DNA of 21,729 nt from Candidatus Methylomirabilia bacterium (GTDB taxonomy: Bacteria > Methylomirabilota > Methylomirabilia > Rokubacteriales > CSP1-6): assembly GCA_041497895.1 (NCBI GenBank), contig JBGQHJ010000086.1, forward strand, positions 1 to 21,729, read 5' to 3'. Every line of letters starts with the position of its first letter. Positions within the stretch are counted from its first letter, which is position 1. Position numbers and translations under genes: made by a program. The notes under the pieces are model-generated. The model made no database searches, was not told where the DNA came from, and was given only the letters and a program-made list of their open reading frames with translations. This document shows positions 14,945 to 21,729 of this stretch, one piece after another.

Positions 14945-16246
14945 ATGTTCGGAAAGAAAATCCTCGCGATGGCGGCCGCGCTGGCCTGCGTCAGCCCGGT
15001 CCTCGCGTCGGCCCAGTCGGACGGAAGCGCCGGAGTCGTCACCACCGTGAACGGCGACGCGACCCTGGTTCGCGCCATGGCCGTGGCCCCGCCGGTCTCG
15101 CTCCGCATGCGCGACGAGATCTTCGCGCGCGATCGGATCCAGACCCAGGAGCGCTCGCTCGTCCGCGTGCTCCTCGGGGGCAAGGCGCTCATCACCGTTC
15201 GCGAGCTGTCGGTCCTCACCGTCACCGAGGAAGCCGGCCGCGTCACGGTCGATCTACAGTCCGGCAAGGTGGGCGTCGCGGTCGTGAAGGCGCGCATGCG
15301 CCCGGGCGAGGTCATCGAGATCCGCTCGCCGAACGCGACGGCCGCGGTGCGGGGCACCGTCTTCGTGGTCGAGGTGGATCCGATGCAGCCCGGCCAGTCC
15401 GGCGGGGCCCCGACGACGACCACCCGCGTGCATCTCTTCCACGGCGCCCTCGACGTGAGCGCGCGCCTCGACCCCGGCCACGCGACGGTGCGGCTCGCCG
15501 AGCTGCAGAGCGTGGTGGTGGCCGGCAACGCGCTGGGCCCGGTGAAACCGATCTCGCGCGACGCGGTGGCCGCCCTCACCGCGGACCTCAAGCCGCGGCA
15601 GGTGCAGACCCCGAGCGCCCCCAGCGAGTTCACCGGAGGGCTGGTGGCCCGCGAGCAGGGCCGGGCGGTGATGCTGGCCTCGGCGCTCCTGGTCCCCACC
15701 CCGGGGGCTCCCCTGCAGGGCGCGCTGACGAACGTGAAGGGAACCGTCAATGGGCTGACCGGCCCGGTCACGAACGTGACCGGCACCACCGCGGAAACGC
15801 TCGAGCGTCTGATGGACGGCCTGGGGCTCGACGGCCTCGGAGACACGGTGAGCGGGCTCGGCGACACGGTCGGCGCGCTCGGCAACGCGGTGGGCGGAAC
15901 GGTCAACGGGCTGACCAGCAATCTCGGTGGAACGGTCGCCGGTGTCGGTAATGTCGTGGGCGGCACCGTTGGTGGGCTCGGCGGGACGGTCAACGGCCTC
16001 GGCGGCACCGTGGGCGGGCTCGGCGGGACGGTCGGCGGCGGTACGGTCAGTGGCCTGGGCGGTACGGTCGGTGGGCTCGGCGGCACAGTCGGCGGACTGG
16101 GTGTCGGTGGCCTGGGTGGCGCGGTCGGCGGGGTCGGCGGGACGCTGGGTGGCACGGTCGGCGGGGTCGGCGGCACGGTGGTTGGCGGCACCGGTACCGT
16201 CGGGGGTGTGGTGGGTGGTCTCGTCGGCGGTCTCGGCGGGCGCTGA
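14945..16246 (+). CDS. Secreted FecR-like domain protein with C-terminal glycine-rich repeat tail
   Basis: Start moved from the track's 14855 to ATG 14945 (purine-rich RBS, downstream of the sigma54 site). Signal peptide MFGKKILAMAAALACVSPVLASA. FecR-like motifs DRIQT, LQSGKV, SPNATAAVRGTVFVV, HGALDV. Tail of GGTVGGL repeats. Confidence 0.8.
   Translation: MFGKKILAMAAALACVSPVLASAQSDGSAGVVTTVNGDATLVRAMAVAPPVSLRMRDEIFARDRIQTQERSLVRVLLGGKALITVRELSVLTVTEEAGRVTVDLQSGKVGVAVVKARMRPGEVIEIRSPNATAAVRGTVFVVEVDPMQPGQSGGAPTTTTRVHLFHGALDVSARLDPGHATVRLAELQSVVVAGNALGPVKPISRDAVAALTADLKPRQVQTPSAPSEFTGGLVAREQGRAVMLASALLVPTPGAPLQGALTNVKGTVNGLTGPVTNVTGTTAETLERLMDGLGLDGLGDTVSGLGDTVGALGNAVGGTVNGLTSNLGGTVAGVGNVVGGTVGGLGGTVNGLGGTVGGLGGTVGGGTVSGLGGTVGGLGGTVGGLGVGGLGGAVGGVGGTLGGTVGGVGGTVVGGTGTVGGVVGGLVGGLGGR
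15818..16243 (+). repeat. Degenerate coding tandem repeat, mostly 21-nt units encoding (L/V)GGTVGG
   Basis: LGDTVSG LGDTVGA LGNAVGGTVNG ... LGGTVNG LGGTVGG LGGTVGG ..., with synonymous codon variation between units. Confidence 0.9.
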
Positions 16247-16257
16247 GCCAGGCTCTC

Positions 16258-18870
16258 GTGAGGCCCCGGACCATGATCGATTCCGAGCTCTCCCGCACGC
16301 CGGGCGTCAGCGGCTCCGGCACCGTGTGGTATCCGATCGATTTCTCCCGGGGGCAGGTCATCGCCGAGCTCCCGGATGACCTGGAGCCGCGGCTCCTGCC
16401 CCCCGGCAGCTCCCCGCACTTCGGCGCGGGCGACCCGGCCGCGGTGTTGCTGCTCGACGACCCGGACACCGGGCTGATCGACGCCGCCCGCCGGGCCATG
16501 GTGCCGGTGGTGGTGCTCTCGGACGGGGCCGAGGCGGTGCCGGTGGCGCGCGGCTACGTCTCGCTCACTCTGCCGGTGAGCCCGGGCACTCTGGCGAGCG
16601 TCCTTCGCGCGGCCTGCGAGCAAGCGCGGGTCACCCGCGAGGCCCGGGAGACGACCCGACAGCTCGAGGAGCTGAACGCGATCGGCGTCCGGCTCTCCGG
16701 TGAGCGTGACACCAAGCTGCTGCTCGACCTCATCCTGACCAAGGCCCGGACCATCACCCGGAGCGACGCCGGCTCGATCTACCTGGTGGAGTCGTCGGCC
16801 GATGGGTCCCGGCGGTTGCGCTTCGAGCTGGCCCACAACGAGAGCGTGCCGGTCGAGTTCAACGCGGTCGCGCTGCCGATCAATCCGAAGAGCCTGGCCG
16901 GTCACGTGGCCCTCTCGGGCCAGATCCTGCACGTCGACGATGCCTACGCGCTGCCGGCCGACAGCCCCTATCGCTTCAACCCGGAGGTCGACGCCCTGGC
17001 CGGTTACCGGACCAAGTCCATGCTGGTCCTTCCCATGAAGACGCCGGGCGGGGAGATCATCGGGGTGCTCGAGTTGATCAACGCCAAGCGCGAGAGCGGT
17101 CGCCCGTTCCCCTCGACCGAGGCCATCGAGCACGACGCCCTCCTCTATTCCAGGGCCTCGCGCAACCTCGCCGCCTCGCTCGCCTCGCAGGCCGCGGTGG
17201 CCCTGGCCAACAGCAACCTGTTTCGCGAGCTGACCCGCCGGCAGGGACGGCTCGAGGCCCTGGTGGACGTGAGCCAGCGCGTCACGCGGCTCTGGCCGCC
17301 CGCGACCGTGCAGCGGCGCATCGCCGATCTCTACTCGGGCCTCTTGCAGGCCGAAGTGGTGACGTTCCACCTGGTCGACGGCGGGCGGCTGGTGCGCGCG
17401 GAAGCCCGCGGCGAGGGGGTCGACGTGCTACTGCCGGCGGAGATCGCGGTGGGCGACGGGCCGTGCGGGGGTGTGGCCACGTCCGGGGAGCCCCTGGCCG
17501 TCCCAGACCTGGCGGGCTCACCCGCGCTGAGCCCGGCGCAGGTCGAGGTGGTGACGCGGCTCGGGCTGCGAGCCTGGCTCTCGGTCCCGGTGCGGGCGGG
17601 CGATCGCCTGGTCGGTGTCCTGAGCGCGGTGACCGGCCAGTCGTCCACCTGCTCGGAGGACGACGTGGCGGTGGCCACCACGTTCGCCGCGCAGGCCGGA
17701 ATCGCGGTCGAGAACTCCCGGCTGTACGCGGAGCTCGAGCGCGCGCTCGAGGGCGTGCAGAAGTCCCAGGATCAGCTGGTGCAGGTCGAGCGGCTCCGGG
17801 CGCTGGGCGAGATGGCGGCGGGCGTCGCCCACGACTTCAACAACCTCCTCGCGATCGTCATGCTGCGCACCGAGCTGCTGCTCGCGCGCGGGCAGGCGCC
17901 GGACGTGGCCGGGAGCCTGAGCCTCATCCACCAGGCCGCCCACGACGGCGCCCAGACGGTCCGACGGATCCAGGAGTTCACCCGCACCCGGAGCATCCGT
18001 CCGTTCAGCCCGGTGGACATGAACGAGGTCCTGCGGCAGGTGGTCGAGCTGGCGCGGCCGCGGTGGCGGGACCAGGCCCAGAGCTGCGGCGTGTCGTATG
18101 ACGTGCGAGTCGAGGCCGGCTCCGTCCCGCTGGTCGCGGGGACGGCCGAGGAGCTGCGCGAGGCCTTCCTCAACCTGCTCAACAACGCCCTCGATGCCAT
18201 GCCCGCGGGTGGCCGCTTCACCTTCCGGACCACCACCGAGGGCGGGCGCGTCGTGGTCCGGGCCCAGGATGGCGGGTGCGGCATGTCCGAGGAGACCCGC
18301 CGGCGGGTGTTCGAGCCCTTCTTCTCGACCAAGGGAGCCCAGGGCAACGGCCTCGGCCTCGCGGTGGTCTGGGGCATCGTGACCCGCCATGGCGGGCAGA
18401 TCCAGGTGGAGAGCACGCTCGGGCGGGGGACCACCTTCGTCGCGAGCCTGCCGGTCCCGGCCGAGTTACCGGCCGATGCCCGGGCCGGGGGCACGACGGC
18501 GCTGCCCGCGGGCAAGCGGGTGCTGGTCGTCGAGGACAACCCGGAGATCCTCCAGTCGATGGGCGAGCTGCTCCGGGAGAACGGCTGCCACGTGATCGAG
18601 GCTGCAGATGGCCTGGCCGCCATCTCCCGGATCGAGACGGAGTCGGTCGACCTTGTGCTGACCGACCTGGCCATGCCCGGAGCGTCCGGCTGGGAGGTGG
18701 CGGCCGCCTGCCGGGAGCGCTCCCCGGGCACTCCCGTTGGACTCATCACCGGCTTCGGCGACCGGCTGGAGCCGGGAAAGATCGAGCAGCACGGCGTCCA
18801 GTTCGTGGTCGCCAAGCCGTTCACGTCGACCGAGCTGCTGCGCGAGGTCTCGGCAGCTCTCAGCGTGTAG
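16258..18870 (+). CDS. Hybrid sensor histidine kinase, GAF-GAF-HisKA-HATPase_c-REC
   Basis: Two GAF domains; H-box VAHDFNNLL, N-box NLLNNALDAM, DGGCGM, FEPFFSTK, GNGLGL; receiver VLVVEDN..LTDLAMP..ITG..KPF. No obvious TM helix. Start may be ATG 16273. Confidence 0.92.
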   Translation: MRPRTMIDSELSRTPGVSGSGTVWYPIDFSRGQVIAELPDDLEPRLLPPGSSPHFGAGDPAAVLLLDDPDTGLIDAARRAMVPVVVLSDGAEAVPVARGYVSLTLPVSPGTLASVLRAACEQARVTREARETTRQLEELNAIGVRLSGERDTKLLLDLILTKARTITRSDAGSIYLVESSADGSRRLRFELAHNESVPVEFNAVALPINPKSLAGHVALSGQILHVDDAYALPADSPYRFNPEVDALAGYRTKSMLVLPMKTPGGEIIGVLELINAKRESGRPFPSTEAIEHDALLYSRASRNLAASLASQAAVALANSNLFRELTRRQGRLEALVDVSQRVTRLWPPATVQRRIADLYSGLLQAEVVTFHLVDGGRLVRAEARGEGVDVLLPAEIAVGDGPCGGVATSGEPLAVPDLAGSPALSPAQVEVVTRLGLRAWLSVPVRAGDRLVGVLSAVTGQSSTCSEDDVAVATTFAAQAGIAVENSRLYAELERALEGVQKSQDQLVQVERLRALGEMAAGVAHDFNNLLAIVMLRTELLLARGQAPDVAGSLSLIHQAAHDGAQTVRRIQEFTRTRSIRPFSPVDMNEVLRQVVELARPRWRDQAQSCGVSYDVRVEAGSVPLVAGTAEELREAFLNLLNNALDAMPAGGRFTFRTTTEGGRVVVRAQDGGCGMSEETRRRVFEPFFSTKGAQGNGLGLAVVWGIVTRHGGQIQVESTLGRGTTFVASLPVPAELPADARAGGTTALPAGKRVLVVEDNPEILQSMGELLRENGCHVIEAADGLAAISRIETESVDLVLTDLAMPGASGWEVAAACRERSPGTPVGLITGFGDRLEPGKIEQHGVQFVVAKPFTSTELLREVSAALSV

Positions 18871-19521
18871 CTAGCCGGCGGGCCGCCCGGTTCCGTCGGC
18901 GGCCCGCCGACGCTCGTAGTGGCGGCGACTCTTCGCGCGGTTCCCGCAAGTGCGCATATCGCACCAGCGGCGGCTTCGGTTCTTCGTCGTGTCCATGAAG
19001 AGCCAGCCGCAGTCATAACCGGCACATTCATGAACGAAGGTTAGGTCAGAAGATGTCAGGAGCTCGGCGGCGGAGCGTGCTACCCACCATGCCACCCGAT
19101 CCAGGTCAGGGGCGGCGCCGGGCCAGGCCCACTCGAAACGGGGCCCGGCCGGGATCAGCCCGGCATGCGCCATCGCCCGGCCGACGGCGCGGTTGAGTGT
19201 GTGCAGATCGGCCTCCCGGGCCGGGAGGCCCGCCGCCCGCGAGGAGAAGATCGCATAGGTCGACTCGCGGAGGGCCCGAGCTTGGGCGAGGGCATCGGTC
19301 CTGGAGCGCTCGCGCTTGCGCGCCAGTTCGGCCAGGGTCGCCGCCTCGCCGGGGGTGAGGATGGTCGCCTGCCGAGCCCACGCAAGCAAGTTATCATATG
19401 AATTGATCAATTCGAGTCGATCGCTGATGGGTCGGAACCGCACCGTGTTGGCGAAGTCAAGGCAGAGACGTCCCGCATTGAACGTGAACTGCTCTCGCGC
19501 TGGATCACCGGGCTCGACCAT
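18871..19521 (-). CDS. ABATE domain / CGNR zinc-finger protein (putative stress-responsive regulator)
   Basis: GRLCLDFANT N-terminus; C-terminal CAGYDCGWLFMDTTKNRSRRWCDMRTCGNRAK. Confidence 0.93.
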   Translation of the reverse strand: MVEPGDPAREQFTFNAGRLCLDFANTVRFRPISDRLELINSYDNLLAWARQATILTPGEAATLAELARKRERSRTDALAQARALRESTYAIFSSRAAGLPAREADLHTLNRAVGRAMAHAGLIPAGPRFEWAWPGAAPDLDRVAWWVARSAAELLTSSDLTFVHECAGYDCGWLFMDTTKNRSRRWCDMRTCGNRAKSRRHYERRRAADGTGRPAG

Positions 19522-19531
19522 GGAGGTCGAG

Positions 19532-19560
19532 ACTATAACTGGCTATCTTATCTTTGTCAG
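19532..19560 (-). promoter_or_regulatory. Putative sigma70 promoter of the CGNR gene
   Basis: Minus strand CTGACA (19560-19555), 17 nt, TATAGT (19537-19532), 10 nt before ATG 19521. Confidence 0.65.
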
Positions 19561-19562
19561 GC

Positions 19563-21729
19563 CTAAATTTCCCGGCCGAGGAGCTTCTGATAGACCAGGC
19601 TGACCAGCAGCAGGACGATGCCGAGCACCAGGAACGAGAGGATCCGGTAGGACGTCTTGACCGCTGCGAAGTCGACAGCGAACACCTTCAAGACGGTTAG
19701 TCCGAGGAGGGCGAGCGCGCCGTAGCGGACGGCTGGATTCCGGCGCGCGAAGCCCCATGCGAGGGCGATGGCGGCGTACATCGTCCACAGCACCGAGAGG
19801 CCGGCTTGCGTGCGCCAGCCGACATCGCCGGCCGGCACGCGGCCCGACGCCCGGGTGGCCATCTCGACCGCCTCCTGGTATCGGGTCCACCCGAGGCTCA
19901 GGACGAAGAGGAAGATCAGGCCCGCTGCCCCTGACAGGATCCGGCCGACTTGCCGCGCGCTGTCGACCGGAGCCCGGACGAGGGCTCCTCCCGCGAGCCC
20001 GATCGCCAGGCAAGCCCCGGCGCGGGATAGGAGCGGCAGGCTCACGAGCGACCCGGCCGCCGCTCTCGCCAGGTCATCGTCGGCGACGAGGACCCGCAGG
20101 GTCACGACCAGGGACAGGAAGGAGATCGCGACCGGGAACGCGGGAGAGGTCGAGCCCCGTGCGAGCCATCCGACGGTGACGAGCTCGAGGGTGAGCAGCG
20201 TCGCCGGCCAGAGACCGGTCGGCTCCCGCCAGAAGAGCACGGCCACGGTCACCGCCGCGGCCACCCAGAGCACCGCCCGGAGCATCCGTTGGCTCGGCTG
20301 CCAGTCCCCTTCCTCCCGCACCCGGCCACCGAGCCAGCCGCCGGCCACCAGCGCGGCACCGACCAGGAGGTGGATCAGGAAGGTCAGGTTCCACACCGCC
20401 ACGACGTCGGTCGACCAGTAGCGGTCGAAGGCCATCACCCGCGAGCCGGCCAGCAGGAGCGCCGCGAGGCCACCCCAGGCCGCCACCGGGGCCGGGACCC
20501 GGGAGGCGAGCCAGAGCAGCATGACACCCTGGACCGCCCACGCGAGGGTGACCCACTGGACGTCCAGGACGAGCGGGATGGCCAGGGTGAGGAAGGTCCA
20601 CGCGATGCCTTCGTGCACCATGACCGGCGCGGGATCGTCGGCCACCCGGGAGCCGTAGTCCGAGGAGACGAGCCGGTAGAGCACGGCCAGGCCGACCGCC
20701 CACGGCCCCTCGAGCCCCGGGCGCGTGGCCTCCAGGGTGACGTAGACCGCCCAGAAGTACCCAGCCGCGTTGGCGACCACCAAGGCCAGGTCGATCGGCT
20801 GGCTGCGGCGCCCGGTCGCTCGCTCTCGGAACACGGGGGCGGCCAGGAACACGAGAAAGAGCGCGGAGAGCAGCAGGAGCCGGGCCAGCGGATGGGGCGC
20901 CTCGGGCGTGCGCGACAGGGTCTGCAGCAGCAGCAGCGCGCTGCCGCCCCACGCGAGCTCGGTGAGGGCGGGCCACGTCCGGAAGCGCGCCACCAGCAGC
21001 GCGAGCACGTCTAGCACCAACAGGTAGGCGAGCAGGTTGCGCTCGTCGGGCCGCTCCACCTGCAGGAGCACCGGGGTGAGGAGCCCGCCGACCACCGCGA
21101 GGACGGCCGTGCTGAGGCGGCTCGTCAGCACCGCCACGACGGCGCCCAGCACGGTGACCACGAACATCGAGCCGAACGCGGCCGGGGCGCCGATCAGGCC
21201 GTAGAGGGAGTGCGCGGCGAAGAGCGAGAGGTAGAGACAGCCCAGGCCGCCGCCGGAGAGCCCTTCGCTCAGGTACGGGACGTCGCGCCGCCGGTGAAGC
21301 ACGAGGCCGCCGAGCAGCATGCCGAGGCCGCCCACGATGCCGACGCCCACGCGGGCGGCGGGCCCCAGGTATTCGTTGTCGAAGGCCCACTTGAGGAAAA
21401 GGGCGGCGGCGACCAGGATCACCACGATGCCGACCCACGTCGCCCAGCGGGCGCCGATCCGCTGCTCGAGGTCGAGCGGGGGCCGGGCCGGCGGGGCCGC
21501 GCCGACGGGCGGCGACACGAAGGGTGCGGGAGGCGGAGCGGGCTCGACGAACGGCACGGGCACGATCGCGGGCTCGGCGACCGGCGGGGGCGGCGGGCCC
21601 GTGTCGATTCCGGTGGCGGCCCGGTCGCGGCCGGCGGCGCCCTCGAGCGCCCGCACCCGGTCGAGCAGCACGCTCAGCTGCGCCTCGAGCGCGGCGACAC
21701 GCCCGTCCGCGCGCTCGGGCGTCGTCCGC
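19563..21729 (-). CDS. DUF2339 family polytopic membrane protein, 5' end beyond the window
   Basis: Frame stays open from 21671 to the edge (RTTPERADGRVAALEAQLSV...). Pro-rich linker, LEQRIGARWATWVG..LFLKWAF, many TM helices, C-terminal LKVFAVD...RILSFLVLG. Confidence 0.88.
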   Translation of the reverse strand, partial: RTTPERADGRVAALEAQLSVLLDRVRALEGAAGRDRAATGIDTGPPPPPVAEPAIVPVPFVEPAPPPAPFVSPPVGAAPPARPPLDLEQRIGARWATWVGIVVILVAAALFLKWAFDNEYLGPAARVGVGIVGGLGMLLGGLVLHRRRDVPYLSEGLSGGGLGCLYLSLFAAHSLYGLIGAPAAFGSMFVVTVLGAVVAVLTSRLSTAVLAVVGGLLTPVLLQVERPDERNLLAYLLVLDVLALLVARFRTWPALTELAWGGSALLLLQTLSRTPEAPHPLARLLLLSALFLVFLAAPVFRERATGRRSQPIDLALVVANAAGYFWAVYVTLEATRPGLEGPWAVGLAVLYRLVSSDYGSRVADDPAPVMVHEGIAWTFLTLAIPLVLDVQWVTLAWAVQGVMLLWLASRVPAPVAAWGGLAALLLAGSRVMAFDRYWSTDVVAVWNLTFLIHLLVGAALVAGGWLGGRVREEGDWQPSQRMLRAVLWVAAAVTVAVLFWREPTGLWPATLLTLELVTVGWLARGSTSPAFPVAISFLSLVVTLRVLVADDDLARAAAGSLVSLPLLSRAGACLAIGLAGGALVRAPVDSARQVGRILSGAAGLIFLFVLSLGWTRYQEAVEMATRASGRVPAGDVGWRTQAGLSVLWTMYAAIALAWGFARRNPAVRYGALALLGLTVLKVFAVDFAAVKTSYRILSFLVLGIVLLLVSLVYQKLLGREI

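Noticed and set aside
14945..15013. Lipoprotein signal (ALAC) in the FecR protein
   Set aside because: Poor lipobox match; ASA-Q fits signal peptidase I better.
15818..16243. Possible CRISPR array or collagen-like repeat
   Set aside because: No identical repeats with unique spacers and no cas genes. The period is 7/11 residues, not Gly-X-Y.
13621..17370. 1249-aa minus-strand ORF with PPTVPP repeats
   Set aside because: Antisense shadow of three well-supported + genes. The Pro/Thr repeat is the reverse complement of the Gly repeat, and stop codons are rare at this GC content.

Overview
Very GC-rich bacterial DNA. The gene content (ABC_sub_bind and LIV-type binding proteins, multiple MetE-core paralogs) resembles Candidatus Rokubacteria/Methylomirabilota-type genomes, but that is inference. 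Left to right: (1) partial ABC substrate-binding gene (-); (2) an ~11.8 kb, tightly coupled + strand operon of 11 genes (citrate/2-methylcitrate synthase, short ~650-aa aconitase with altered active-site motifs, PrpF-family isomerase, acyl-CoA dehydrogenase, crotonase, MetE-core Zn enzyme, five-gene LIV-type ABC importer with a Tat-exported binding protein); (3) a - strand pair (SCP2-like protein + alpha/beta hydrolase) sharing a 42-bp apparently bidirectional promoter with a second MetE-core paralog; (4) a secreted FecR-domain protein with a long GGTVGGL repeat tail behind a consensus sigma54 promoter, followed by a soluble GAF-GAF-HisKA-HATPase-REC kinase; (5) an ABATE/CGNR zinc-finger gene and a partial DUF2339 membrane-protein gene (-). 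No RNA genes, CRISPR arrays or transposases were recognised. The best candidates for new biology are the catabolic cluster with two MetE-core enzymes and a non-canonical methylcitrate-like trio, and the sigma54 FecR/Gly-repeat/kinase module.
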